This document shows, piece after piece, positions 10,195 to 20,079 of a DNA stretch of 24,602 nt (its first letter is position 1; each line of letters begins with the position of its first letter). The position numbers and the translations under genes are program-made. The notes below the pieces were generated by a model, which made no database searches, was not told the origin of the DNA, and saw only the letters and a list, made by a program, of their open reading frames with translations. This stretch comes from Candidatus Hydrogenedentota bacterium. Its GTDB lineage: Bacteria; Hydrogenedentota; Hydrogenedentia; Hydrogenedentales; SLHB01. The stretch is from NCBI GenBank assembly GCA_034408725.1, contig JAWXCN010000010.1:1-24602 (forward strand), in the 5' to 3' direction.

Positions 10195-10967
10195 TGAACA
10201 TGGACAAAGACATTATCATCGAAGTGAAGAACCTTACCGCGCATTACGGCGAAACCCTCGTGCTCGAGGGCATTTCGTTCAATGTTGCGCGCGGCGAAAT
10301 TTTTGTCATTATCGGCGGCAGCGGTTGCGGCAAGACGACCCTGCTCAAACATATGACGGCGCTGTTGCATCCAACAACCGGCAGTGTGGTCTACGACGGC
10401 GTCGATATCACACTGATGGACGAGGACCAGCGGTCCACTATCCAGCGGAATCTGGGGATCGCATTTCAATCCGGCGGGCTGTTCAACTCGATGACCGTCG
10501 GTGACAACGTCGCGCTTCCCTTGCGCGAATACGGAAACGCGGACGAACACCTGATTCAGGCCATCGTGCGGCTCAAGCTCAGCATGGTCGGCCTTGGGGC
10601 CGCGGAACACCTCATGCCCGGCGAACTATCCGGAGGCATGCGCAAACGCGCCGGGCTTGCGCGCGCCATTGCGCTGGACCCGCCGGTAATCTATTTCGAC
10701 GAACCCTCCGCGGGCCTTGATCCAATCATGGCTTCCGGGCTGGACGACCTGATACTGAACCTTAACCGGCTCTCGGGGATTACATTTATCATCGTCACCC
10801 ACGAATTGGAGTCGATACGGAAGATTGCGCATCGCATTTTGATGCTGGACCAGGGCAAAGCCATTTTTTTAGGAACAGTCGAAGAAGCGTTGCGATCCGA
10901 TGTGCCGCGCGTCCGCCAGTTTTTCGAGCGGCGCGCGGACGATTTCATCGTGCAACGGGGCGCATAA
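10194..10967 (+). CDS. mlaF: MlaF-family ABC ATP-binding subunit
   Basis: ATG overlaps the mlaE stop (TGATG). Walker A GGSGCGKT, signature ELSGGMRKRAGLARAIALDP, Walker B YFDEPSAGLDP, H-loop VTHE. Confidence 0.92.
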   Translation: MNMDKDIIIEVKNLTAHYGETLVLEGISFNVARGEIFVIIGGSGCGKTTLLKHMTALLHPTTGSVVYDGVDITLMDEDQRSTIQRNLGIAFQSGGLFNSMTVGDNVALPLREYGNADEHLIQAIVRLKLSMVGLGAAEHLMPGELSGGMRKRAGLARAIALDPPVIYFDEPSAGLDPIMASGLDDLILNLNRLSGITFIIVTHELESIRKIAHRILMLDQGKAIFLGTVEEALRSDVPRVRQFFERRADDFIVQRGA

Positions 10968-10979
10968 GGGGCAACTTGA

Positions 10980-11942
10980 TTGGCAACGCGAGCGCAAAAA
11001 GCGAAGGTTGGCGCCTTTCTATTGATTAGCGCCGTAATGATCATCGGTGCCTTGCTGCTGGTCTCCGGTTACCGTCAAGGCAACAGCCAAGGCTATAAGA
11101 TTATTTTCGACAAGACCGTGCTCGGGTTATACAAAGGCGGTATGGTGCAGTATCTTGGCGTGCCTGTCGGCGTGGTCGACGATATCTTTGTGGGTGACGA
11201 TGGGCAGGCGCATATCGATGCATTGATCGATCCCGACAAGGTCACGCTGCACGTTGGCGTTGAAGCCAAGCTTGAGTTCTACAGCTTTGCAACGGGAACC
11301 ATGTGCATCGCGCTTGCGGGGGGCGATCCGGCCGGCGACGTGCTGCCTCCAGGCTCTATTATTCCTACGGGCCAGTCGCAGCTCGAATCGGTCAGCACCC
11401 AGGCAGCGGACCTGATGGCTGCGTTCACAAAGATCGCCGAAAAACTCGAAACGGGCATGACTGGAATGGAAGAAGGCGAGATCACGGAAATCGTCGATCA
11501 AATCAAACCGTTCATCGATGACACGCGAAAGTTTATCGAAGACGCCCGCAACACCCTTAAAACACTCGAAAGCGATCTCCACTCGACCATCGACGAAGTT
11601 AAACCGGGAATCAAAAAATTCGGCGAACTCGCCGATAGCGCGAAGGAATTGAGCAAAACCGCCAACGACACTTTGACGGAAATGCGGGCCGAGATCGAGC
11701 CGCTCGATCTCGGAAAAATACAAACTGAACTGTTCTCCTTGTCCGAGCAGATCAAGGCCACCACGAAAGGGCTTGACGGAATGACGGGATCGCTCCCGCA
11801 CACGGTGGACAACATGCAATATGCGTTGATCGATACAACGCGAAAACTTAACGAGACGTTGGACGCCTTCCGCGAGTTGGCCGACACGCTGAACCAGAAC
11901 CCGTATATACGGGGCACTGCGCCCCCGGAAGGAACGCGATGA
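10980..11942 (+). CDS. mlaD: MlaD/MCE-domain protein with a long C-terminal helical region
   Basis: TTG start, N-terminal TM helix (KVGAFLLISAV...), MCE motif GLYKGGMVQYLGVPVGVV, amphipathic helical C-terminus. Confidence 0.88.
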   Translation: MATRAQKAKVGAFLLISAVMIIGALLLVSGYRQGNSQGYKIIFDKTVLGLYKGGMVQYLGVPVGVVDDIFVGDDGQAHIDALIDPDKVTLHVGVEAKLEFYSFATGTMCIALAGGDPAGDVLPPGSIIPTGQSQLESVSTQAADLMAAFTKIAEKLETGMTGMEEGEITEIVDQIKPFIDDTRKFIEDARNTLKTLESDLHSTIDEVKPGIKKFGELADSAKELSKTANDTLTEMRAEIEPLDLGKIQTELFSLSEQIKATTKGLDGMTGSLPHTVDNMQYALIDTTRKLNETLDAFRELADTLNQNPYIRGTAPPEGTR

Positions 11943-12520
11943 CGCGATACTTGATTGCGGCAGCAACCGCCGCTGCGTTGTTCACGGGGTGCATCGGATT
12001 AAATAAACCGGCATCCGTGCTGCGCTATGTCATCGATCCCGCGGTGAATGTCACCACACAAGAAAACTCGGGGCGATCCCTTGCAGTGCGTCCGCTGGAA
12101 TCGGCGCGGCCCTACAAACAAAATGTCGTTTACCGGCAAAACGACGAGATGGGCGTGTATAGCGCCGTTGAATGGTCGGAGTTGCCGGCGGACGCCGCGA
12201 CCCGCGCGTTGACGGACGCTTTGGAAGCGACCCACCGATTTTCGGATATCGGAAGCGCGATCGATTTGTCGATACCGGATCAGATTCTTACGGGGCAGCT
12301 GCGCCGCTTCGATCTGGTGAGGGACACTGAACCCTGGACGGCGGTATGCGAGATACGGCTTGAGCTGCGCAAGAGCCTGGGCCGGACCCATGTCTGGTCC
12401 AAGACGCTGACCACGTCCGAACCGTTGGCCACGCCCAATCATGTTTCCTTGCCGCAGGCGATGAACACCGCGTTGGGCAGACTTATCGAGGAGGCGGTGA
12501 CAGAAATTGTCACCAAGTAA
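11939..12520 (+). CDS. PqiC-like ABC-transport auxiliary lipoprotein
   Basis: ATGA overlap with mlaD. Lipobox LFTG-C, conserved W-S-E-L-P motif, LTGQLRRFD, and the usual position after an MCE gene. Confidence 0.8.
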   Translation: MTRYLIAAATAAALFTGCIGLNKPASVLRYVIDPAVNVTTQENSGRSLAVRPLESARPYKQNVVYRQNDEMGVYSAVEWSELPADAATRALTDALEATHRFSDIGSAIDLSIPDQILTGQLRRFDLVRDTEPWTAVCEIRLELRKSLGRTHVWSKTLTTSEPLATPNHVSLPQAMNTALGRLIEEAVTEIVTK

Positions 12521-12694
12521 CATTACTGCTCCTTGATGTGTACTTATTTATGAGAACAGATTGGCGAACTGCTTGATATAGTTTGTCGCGCAAGACTAAC
12601 TAATCGTCAACAGCACGCTATATTTTTGCAGTTTTGATTCCTTCGACAAACCGATCCCGGCATTGGCGCTGCGGCCATTGAGGGTTTGGTGATA

Positions 12695-12710
12695 TGGCAC
12701 GGACATTGCT
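12695..12710 (+). promoter_or_regulatory. Sigma54 (RpoN) -24/-12 promoter
   Basis: TGGCACG-gaca-TTGCT matches the TGGCACG-N4-TTGC(A/T) consensus exactly. It is correctly oriented about 130 bp upstream of the dioxygenase ATG and preceded by an AT-rich tract. Confidence 0.75.
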
Positions 12711-12837
12711 CCCTGTCTCATCGGCAACACAAAGCGTGTGTTGCCTGTTGGAGCAAAGTGCAGTATTGTTCTAGTGACGGGGGCTGCAACCCCCCGATCT
12801 AACCAGCGGCGGTCAATTCGCCGAATGAGGTGCATCC

Positions 12838-13677
12838 ATGGCAGTCCAGACGCTGGCCCCGGCCCCTTCATCGTTAAAGAAAGAATTCGATGAGCGCGGG
12901 TATGTCGTCTTGCGTGGATTCTTTTCGCCGGAAGAAATGGAAGTGCTTCTGGCCGAGGTCAAGAAGGCAGGATCGCAACAGGGCCGCGAACATTGTCTGA
13001 ACAAGGACAACATGGTCTTCTTCGGGAACATCGCGCGGGAATCGCAGGTTTTGAAAGACTTCGTCACGCAGCAGCGCATCATCGACGCCATGCGGCAACT
13101 TGCGGGCGATGACATTTGGATACGGTGGGACCAGGCCGTGGGCAAGTACCCCGGCGGCGCGGATTTTCCGTGGCACCAGGACAACGCCTACAATAAGCTC
13201 AAAGACATGCACTTTCAGTTCTGGATCGGCCTCACTCCGATGAACAAACAGAATGGCGGCGTGTGGTTGCAACCCGGAAGCCACAAGTTTGGCCTGCTTC
13301 CGCACAGCAAAGTCGAAAACCATCTTTCATGCGACGTGAAGCCGTGCAAGGAAGAATTCATTGAATCTCAGCCGGGCGACGTGCTCATTTTTTCGTCGCT
13401 CACGCTGCATTACACGACACGGAATTACTCCGAGAACGAACGCTGGGCATGGGTCATCGAATACATGTCCTGCGACTTTTACGATCCGCACATGCGGCCG
13501 CCTTACTTCATCGCGAGTGAAAACGGAAAGGCTGTGCAAAAATTCGCGGACAGCTATAAAGCTTGCCATGATCCCCGCGCGCGCATGAAATATCTCGGAG
13601 CGCGGACGCGCGAGAACGTGCGCGTGAAAGCCGAAACCGTGCTCGCGAAAGCCGGCCGGATATTGGGACATAAGTAA
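12838..13677 (+). CDS. Phytanoyl-CoA dioxygenase (PhyH) family Fe(II)/2-oxoglutarate-dependent dioxygenase
   Basis: FDERGYVVLRGFFS, K-x-P-G...FPWHQD (HxD), WIGL, NGGVWLQPGSH, PGDVLIFSSLTLH (distal His), N-x-S-x-x-x-R; GAGGTG RBS. Confidence 0.9.
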   Translation: MAVQTLAPAPSSLKKEFDERGYVVLRGFFSPEEMEVLLAEVKKAGSQQGREHCLNKDNMVFFGNIARESQVLKDFVTQQRIIDAMRQLAGDDIWIRWDQAVGKYPGGADFPWHQDNAYNKLKDMHFQFWIGLTPMNKQNGGVWLQPGSHKFGLLPHSKVENHLSCDVKPCKEEFIESQPGDVLIFSSLTLHYTTRNYSENERWAWVIEYMSCDFYDPHMRPPYFIASENGKAVQKFADSYKACHDPRARMKYLGARTRENVRVKAETVLAKAGRILGHK

Positions 13678-13703
13678 AACAAACGCGCAAAATTTTTGAA
13701 TAG

Positions 13704-13750
13704 ACAGGCCCCGTCCGCATTGGATTGCGGATGGGGCCTGTGTTTTTATT
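13704..13750 (+). terminator. Intrinsic terminator after the PhyH gene
   Basis: 16-bp stem ACAGGCCCCGTCCGCA / TGCGGATGGGGCCTGT (one G-U pair), 6-nt loop, then GTTTTTATT. Confidence 0.85.
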
Positions 13751-13779
13751 GCGCTTTCGCCAACCGCTATTTGAACTAT

Positions 13780-13980
13780 TCTTCCTAAACGCCGTTTTGG
13801 AAAGCGCGCTATTTGGACTGCAGTGGCGGAGCGGGTAGCGCAGACACCGCTTTGGCTGTTTATGGGCGAGGACTTCGTGCACGCACGGTTAGGGTAAGAC
13901 CATCTGTGATAAACAGCCAAAGCGGCGCCTTAAGGGCCGCCGCAGTCCAAATAGGCTTCTTGTTAAAACGTGGTGTTTGG
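13780..13980 (-). repeat. BIME-like REP mosaic, copy 2, inverted and circularly permuted (S part, REP-B 13911-13954, full linker L 13862-13910, REP-A 13809-13861, S part)
   Basis: The reverse complement matches REP-A (53 bp) and REP-B (44 bp) of copy 1 with few substitutions. Lies between convergent genes. Confidence 0.9.
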
Positions 13981-14012
13981 TGAAGCACGCGAGCGCCACT
14001 ATGTGCTTCACT

Positions 14013-14672
14013 CTACGCCGACGGTGTCACGTCGAGGATAATGTCAAAGGTTGCCGCGAGGTCATGTGTTGGGCTTTCGGGAAGTGGCGCGAAATCTACT
14101 GTGACGAGTTCCCGGAGTTTTGGATCACGGATGCTTTTTAGCACTGAATCGTTCTCATTCAATGGCTCGCCTTTGACATAGCACTGGGTAGTGAAGCGTT
14201 CGCGGCCCTTCGTGTGTACGGCGTAGTGGATATGACGCGTGCGGAGAAACGACGCATCGCCGTAAGGGACAGGTTTGATGGTTCGGAAATAGTATTCGCC
14301 GCTTGACCCAGTCAAAAAGCGGCCGAATCCCTGAAAATTGGCGTCGCGTTTTCCGCTGTTCACGCTGCCTTCGTGGATGTACACGCCGTTGTTGTCCACT
14401 TGCCAGATTTCGACGAGCGCATTGCGAACCGGATTGCCGCGCGCATCAAGAATACGCCCGCCGAGATGCGTGATTTCGCCGACGGCTGGCGTGATGTCAC
14501 TGTTGATGACCAGCAAATCGTTGTCAGTGTCCAACGGCAGCTTGTTTGGATAAAACGGCCCGGCGGTCTGCGGCGGCGTACGCAGCAATTCTTCCGCGAA
14601 CGCCCCGGGCACGGTGAACAACGCGGTTGCCCCGGCGATACCATTCAAAAACCTGCGCCTTGATATGTGCAT
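14013..14672 (-). CDS. Intradiol ring-cleavage dioxygenase (protocatechuate 3,4-dioxygenase-like) with Tat signal peptide
   Basis: SRRRFL twin-arginine motif, [39 protein letters not shown] (2-Tyr/2-His Fe ligands); GGAGG RBS. Confidence 0.9.
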   Translation of the reverse strand: MHISRRRFLNGIAGATALFTVPGAFAEELLRTPPQTAGPFYPNKLPLDTDNDLLVINSDITPAVGEITHLGGRILDARGNPVRNALVEIWQVDNNGVYIHEGSVNSGKRDANFQGFGRFLTGSSGEYYFRTIKPVPYGDASFLRTRHIHYAVHTKGRERFTTQCYVKGEPLNENDSVLKSIRDPKLRELVTVDFAPLPESPTHDLAATFDIILDVTPSA

Positions 14673-14698
14673 ACCAGGACCTCCGGGAGTTGCCGCAG

Positions 14699-16159
14699 TT
14701 ACATCTTCTGCATCATCGCGAGGAAGTCTGCGTTGGTCTTTGTCTTCTTGAGCTTTTCGACCAGAAGTTCGGTGGCTTCCGTCACGCTGAGCGGGCTGAG
14801 CACCTTGAGCAAAAGCCAGATGCGCTGCAATTCGTCTTCGGGCACCAGGAGTTCTTCCTTGCGTGTGCGGGATTTGAGCACGTCGAGCGCCGGGAACACG
14901 CGCTTCTCCATCAGGCGGCGGTCAAGGTGGATTTCCATGTTGCCGGTGCCTTTGAACTCTTCGAAGATTACGTCATCCATACGGCTGCCGGTTTCGACGA
15001 GCGCGGTTGCGAGAATCGTGAGACTGCCGCCTTCCTCGATGTTGCGCGCCGCGCCGAAGAAACGTTTCGGGCGTTGCAACGCGTTCGCATCGACACCGCC
15101 GGACAGCACCTTGCCGCTCGCCGGCACGATGACGTTGTACGCGCGCGCGAGCCGGGTAATCGAGTCGAGCAGGATGACGACGTCTTTCTTGTGTTCGACA
15201 AGACGCCGCGCTTTCTCCAATACCATCTCCGCGACCTGCACGTGACGTTCGGGCGCTTCGTCGAATGTCGATGCAATCACCTCGCCCTTGACAGAGCGCG
15301 CCATGTCCGTCACTTCTTCGGGGCGTTCGTCGATCAGCAGCACGATAACGTGGGCTTCGGGATGGTTCGTGGTGATGCTGTTCGCGATTTTCTGCAACAA
15401 CACCGTTTTACCCGTGAACGGCGCGGCGACGATCAAGCCACGCTGGCCCTTGCCGATCGGCGAGATGAGGTCCATGATGCGCATGGCAATTTCTTTGGGT
15501 TCGGTCTCGAGCTTGAGGCGCTCGTTCGGGTGTAGCGGCGTCAGGTTGTCGAACAGCACGCGTTCACGCGCGATCTCCGGGCTCTCATAGTTGACAGCCT
15601 CGACCTTGAGCAGCGCGAAGTAACGTTCGCCCTCTTTCGGCGGCCGCACGTGTCCCTGGATAGTGTCACCCGTGCGCAATGCGAATTTACGAATTTGCGA
15701 CGGCGAAACGTAAATATCGTCTGGCCCCGGAAGGTACGAATAATCGCCCGAACGCAGGAATCCGAAGCCGTCCGGGAGGATTTCGAGCGTGCCTTCCCCA
15801 TAGAGCGAACCTGCATTGACGATGCGGGTTTGCAGTATCTTGAAAATGAGGTCCTGTTTTTTCAGCCCGCCATAGTTTTCGATCTCGAGCGTGCGCGCCA
15901 TGTCCATCAGTTCTTCGACGGGCATGCGTTTCATTTCGCCGATGGAAATCTCCGGACCGCCCGCCTGCGCGAGATCGCCGTTCTCCGTTTCGTCGTTGGC
16001 AACGTCGACGATATTCGGGTTGTGGCGCGGCCGGTGATGGTCACGGTCTCCGCGCATTGGCGGGCGGCGATCTCCACGTCCCGGTCCGCCGCCCATGCGT
16101 TTGCCTCCGCCGCCTCCGCCGCCCATTTTTCCGCCCCGATTGCGTGATTTGTCGTTCAT
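14699..16159 (-). CDS. rho: Transcription termination factor Rho with a 70-aa N-terminal low-complexity extension
   Basis: [78 protein letters not shown] 16159 is preferred over GTG 16171. Confidence 0.98.
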   Translation of the reverse strand: MNDKSRNRGGKMGGGGGGGKRMGGGPGRGDRRPPMRGDRDHHRPRHNPNIVDVANDETENGDLAQAGGPEISIGEMKRMPVEELMDMARTLEIENYGGLKKQDLIFKILQTRIVNAGSLYGEGTLEILPDGFGFLRSGDYSYLPGPDDIYVSPSQIRKFALRTGDTIQGHVRPPKEGERYFALLKVEAVNYESPEIARERVLFDNLTPLHPNERLKLETEPKEIAMRIMDLISPIGKGQRGLIVAAPFTGKTVLLQKIANSITTNHPEAHVIVLLIDERPEEVTDMARSVKGEVIASTFDEAPERHVQVAEMVLEKARRLVEHKKDVVILLDSITRLARAYNVIVPASGKVLSGGVDANALQRPKRFFGAARNIEEGGSLTILATALVETGSRMDDVIFEEFKGTGNMEIHLDRRLMEKRVFPALDVLKSRTRKEELLVPEDELQRIWLLLKVLSPLSVTEATELLVEKLKKTKTNADFLAMMQKM

Positions 16160-16268
16160 GTGGTCTCTCACGGTTTGTACATTTCCGTTGGTTGATAGTT
16201 TGCGTTATGCCGAATCGTCCGGCGAATTTGAAACGAACGCGGCATCAAGCCGCCGTCCGGCTATTGTC

Positions 16269-18965
16269 CTAATGAATTTCTGCCCAGTGGTTGCCTATTG
16301 CTACGTCCACCTTCATGGGCACGCTCAGTGCGAATGCCTCCTCCATAATCGTTCTCATCACCACCGCCGTTTGCTCCGCCTTGTCCGCGGGCGTTTCGAC
16401 GACCAACTCGTCGTGTACCTGCAAAATCAGCCACGCGCCGGTGCCGCGCAACGCTTCGTCCAGCCGCACCATCGCCAGCTTGATGATGTCCGCCGCGCTG
16501 CCTTGCACGGGCGTGTTCATCGCGACGCGCTCGGCGGCTTTGCGCACGGTCTGGTTGCTCGTCGTGAGATCAGACACGTACCGTCGCCGGTTCAAGAGCG
16601 TGGTCACGTAACCGTCCTTCGCGGCCTGGGTCAATGTTTGGTCTATCCAGCGCCTCACTCCCTGATACTTCTGGAAGTAATTCTCGATGAACTTCGCTGC
16701 CTCCGAAGGCGGTATGCCGAGGGCGCGCGAAAGCCCAAAAGCGCTGATGCCATAGACCACGCCAAAATTCACCGCCTTTGCGTGGCGGCGCATCTCGGGA
16801 GTGACGAAACCTGGCATGACGCCAAAGACACGCGCGGCCGTTTCTTCGTGGATGTCCGCATCGTTCATGAAAGCTTCGCGCAGGTGATCATCACCGGAGA
16901 GGTGCGCCAGGATGCGTAATTCAATTTGTGAGTAATCGGCGGATATGAGCTTGTCGCCGGCCTTGCCCGGCACGAACCCCTCCCGGATGCGCCGGCCGAT
17001 TTCGGTGCGAACGGGAATGTTTTGCAAATTTGGATCGCTGCTCGACAGGCGGCCCGTCGCAGCGACGGCTTGATTGAATGATGTATGAATCCGGCCCGTT
17101 TCCGGGTGTACCAGCTTGGGGAGCGCTTCAATATAAGTGCCGCGCAGTTTCTCGAGCCCACGGTATTCCAGGACTTTCCTGGGCAGTGGGTGTGCGTCAG
17201 CCAACTCCTCGAGCACGTCCACATCGGTCGAATACCCGGTCTTCGTTTTCCGGACCGGTTTCAGTTTCAGCTTCCCAAACAGGACCTCCTGGAGCTGCTT
17301 GGGCGAATTGATCTGGAATAGTTCCCCTGCCGTTTCGTGTATGTCTTTTTCAAGGACGCGAAGCCGTTCCTCGACCTCCGACTGCAACCCCTTGAACACC
17401 CGTTCGTCAATCGCTACGCCAGCCTGCTCCATGCGTGCCAGTACGCGTATCAGCGGAAGTTCGACGTCGTCGTAGAGGGCGGTAAGGCCCCTTTCCCGCA
17501 GGAGTGGCTGGAAGAGTTCCGCCAGCCGCCACGTAACGTCTGCATCTTCACTCGCGTATATGCAGGCGCTGTCAACGGGAACGGTGTCGAAGGTTACCGC
17601 TTTCGACCCCTTTCCAATCATCTCGGAGATGGGGATCAATTTGCGGCTGAGGTAGTGCAGGCTAACTTCATCCAGATTATGCCGCATACGCGAGGGGTCT
17701 GTCAAATAGGACGCCACCATGGTATCCAGGGATATTCCCTGGAGGGAAATGCCGGCCCGTTCGAGCACGATCAGGTCATATTTGATGTTATGGCCTATCT
17801 TGGCCACCGCGGGGTCTTCGAGCAGGGGGCGCATCAGATCGAGGGCCTCCGCGCGGGTGAGTATGTCGCTCGACCCTTCGATGCCCATCACGGACATGGC
17901 CATCGCCGTGTGCCCCACGGGGATGTAATAACCCGTATTGGGACGGCAGCTCATCGATACCCCAACCAGTTCTGCGCGCATGGGGTCGGTCGAAGTCGTT
18001 TCGGTATCGACCGCCATCGCGCCATTGCCGCGCATCTCGGCGATCACAGCGTTCAGCTTCTCCGCCGTAAGCACGAGCTGGTAATCGTTGACTTCGACTT
18101 CCGCCGCGTTCGGCGTGTGTTCTTCGAGCAGGCTCTGGAACTCGAGTTTCGCAAACACGTCCGCCATCTTCGCGCGATCAAACTCGACGCGCAGACAATC
18201 GTCCACGGTACACGGCAGTTCCAGGCTGGTGTGAATCGTACACAAGGTGCGGCTAAGGAACGCGAGCTCTTTGCTCTCGATCAGTCGTTCGCGCTGTTTG
18301 CCGCTCAACTCGTCAATGTGCGCGTATAGATTCTCGAGGCTCTGGTATTTTTCAAGCAGCGACTTGGCGGTCTTCGGGCCGATTCCACGCACGCCCGGCA
18401 CATTGTCCGAGGAATCGCCAATGAGCCCCATCGCATCGATCACATTGGCGGGCCCGACGCCGAACCGTTCGCGCACGTCCGCATCCGTTATCCATTGCCC
18501 CTGATCGCCTTTGCCGGGGTCGTAAACGCGCACGTGCTCGGAAACGAGCTGGAGCATGTCCTTGTCGCCCGTAACCAATACCGCTTCCATGCCGCGCGCT
18601 GCCGCCTGGTGCGCGAGTGTGCCCATGACGTCGTCCGCTTCCACGCCAGGATGCACGATGAGACGAACATTGAACGCATGAACCAGTTCGTGCATGAGCG
18701 GAAACTGGGAACGTAAATCGTCCGGCGTGGCTTCGCGCGTGGCTTTGTACTCCGCGTACAAGTCGTCGCGGAAAGTCTTGCCGGGCGCGTCAAATATGAC
18801 CGCGATGTGTGACGGCTCGTGCTCGCGCAAGAGCTTGAGCAGCACCCGCGCGAACCCGTAGACCGCGTTGGTCGGTTGGCCCTTTGAATTGGTGAGGCCG
18901 CGAATTGCGAAATACGCGCGGTATGCGAATGCGCTACCATCTATCAGAAACAGGCGGTCAGGCAT
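16269..18965 (-). CDS. polA: DNA polymerase I (5'-3' exonuclease, apparently intact 3'-5' exonuclease, polymerase)
   Basis: LIDGSAFAYRAY, EADDV, GDSSDNVPGV; Exo I DTETT, Exo II HNIKYD, Exo III YASED; ATGRLSSSDPNLQNIP, ADYSQIELR, KAVNFGVVYG, QVHDEL. Confidence 0.98.
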   Translation of the reverse strand: MPDRLFLIDGSAFAYRAYFAIRGLTNSKGQPTNAVYGFARVLLKLLREHEPSHIAVIFDAPGKTFRDDLYAEYKATREATPDDLRSQFPLMHELVHAFNVRLIVHPGVEADDVMGTLAHQAAARGMEAVLVTGDKDMLQLVSEHVRVYDPGKGDQGQWITDADVRERFGVGPANVIDAMGLIGDSSDNVPGVRGIGPKTAKSLLEKYQSLENLYAHIDELSGKQRERLIESKELAFLSRTLCTIHTSLELPCTVDDCLRVEFDRAKMADVFAKLEFQSLLEEHTPNAAEVEVNDYQLVLTAEKLNAVIAEMRGNGAMAVDTETTSTDPMRAELVGVSMSCRPNTGYYIPVGHTAMAMSVMGIEGSSDILTRAEALDLMRPLLEDPAVAKIGHNIKYDLIVLERAGISLQGISLDTMVASYLTDPSRMRHNLDEVSLHYLSRKLIPISEMIGKGSKAVTFDTVPVDSACIYASEDADVTWRLAELFQPLLRERGLTALYDDVELPLIRVLARMEQAGVAIDERVFKGLQSEVEERLRVLEKDIHETAGELFQINSPKQLQEVLFGKLKLKPVRKTKTGYSTDVDVLEELADAHPLPRKVLEYRGLEKLRGTYIEALPKLVHPETGRIHTSFNQAVAATGRLSSSDPNLQNIPVRTEIGRRIREGFVPGKAGDKLISADYSQIELRILAHLSGDDHLREAFMNDADIHEETAARVFGVMPGFVTPEMRRHAKAVNFGVVYGISAFGLSRALGIPPSEAAKFIENYFQKYQGVRRWIDQTLTQAAKDGYVTTLLNRRRYVSDLTTSNQTVRKAAERVAMNTPVQGSAADIIKLAMVRLDEALRGTGAWLILQVHDELVVETPADKAEQTAVVMRTIMEEAFALSVPMKVDVAIGNHWAEIH

Positions 18966-20076
18966 GGGCGCCTCCTCGCATCACACCAAGGATGGCTTCC
19001 GCGGCGCGCGCGCTGGCGCCCGGCCCGCCCAGGGCATCGCGCACGGCGCGCAGGTCCGCCAGCATTTGATCGCGGCGCGAACCTTCGGCAATAAGCGCCA
19101 ATGCTTCCGGAAGCATGCGCTCGGTGGTCGCCTCATGTTGCAAATATTCCGGCACGATGCGCTTGCCCGCGAGCAAATTGACCATGCCGAAGTGCGGCAC
19201 CTTCACCAGCAGCCGCGCAAGCAGGTACGTCAGCGGCGCCACCTTATACATCACGATCATGGGCACATCGAAGAGCGTGGTCTCGACTGTGGCCGTGCCC
19301 GAAGCCACCAAACAAAACCGCGCCACGCTCAATAGTTCGTACGTGTTGCCGATGGTAGTCTCGATTGGAAACTCTCCCGCAAGAGCGCGCACCTGGGCCT
19401 CGCGTTCGGCGTCCACGCACGGAATGATAAAGCGCGCGTCGGGATATTTGACGCGAATGCCGCGCGCAACCTCGAGCATGACGGCGAGGTGCCGCTCTAT
19501 TTCTTGCGCGCGGCTGCCTGGCATGAGTGCGATCACCGTGCCGCCCGCGAATGTTCCCCGAAGCGCTGTGCGATCGATTTGATCGAGCAGCGGATGCCCC
19601 ACGTAGGTGCAATCGACACCCAGATGCTGATAGATGCGCTCTTCAAATGGAAGGATTACGAGCACCTTCTGCGCATTTCGGGCAATGACATAAATGCGGC
19701 CTTTTTTCCACGCCCACACCTGCGGGCTGATGTACCAGACCACGGGGATGCCGAGCAGCGCGGCCCGCTTCATGATCTGCATATTGAAACCCGGATAGTC
19801 GATTACGACGAGGCAATCCGGGCGTTCGTATTCGAAGGACTCGACCGTTGCCCGGTACAGATTGCGGAAGAAACCCAGGTGCCGCACAACTTCCGCGAAG
19901 CCCATGATCGCGCGGCTCGCGAGGTCATACCGCAGTTCCATGCCGGCTTCGGCCATGCGCGTGCCGCCATAGCCCACGCATTCGATCGCAGGGTCCGCCG
20001 CTCGAATCGCGCGAATAAGGTTCGCGCCGTGGATATCGCCCGAAGTTTCGCCCGCGGAAAAGAAAACGCGGCTCAC
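18958..20076 (-). CDS. lpxB: Lipid-A-disaccharide synthase
   Basis: AGETSGD, IDYPGFN, YISPQVWAW, ILPFE, YVGHPL, MPGSR, ASGTATVE. GTG start; the stop overlaps the polA start by 8 bp. Confidence 0.95.
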   Translation of the reverse strand: MSRVFFSAGETSGDIHGANLIRAIRAADPAIECVGYGGTRMAEAGMELRYDLASRAIMGFAEVVRHLGFFRNLYRATVESFEYERPDCLVVIDYPGFNMQIMKRAALLGIPVVWYISPQVWAWKKGRIYVIARNAQKVLVILPFEERIYQHLGVDCTYVGHPLLDQIDRTALRGTFAGGTVIALMPGSRAQEIERHLAVMLEVARGIRVKYPDARFIIPCVDAEREAQVRALAGEFPIETTIGNTYELLSVARFCLVASGTATVETTLFDVPMIVMYKVAPLTYLLARLLVKVPHFGMVNLLAGKRIVPEYLQHEATTERMLPEALALIAEGSRRDQMLADLRAVRDALGGPGASARAAEAILGVMRGGAHA

Positions 20077-20079
20077 AGG

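Noticed and set aside
14627..15535. Long antisense ORFs opposite rho (also 16095-16919 and 17337-18329 opposite polA, 11127-11966 opposite mlaD, 1728-2558 opposite GH9)
   Set aside because: These are stop-poor shadow frames caused by GC-rich codon bias and have no recognisable motifs.
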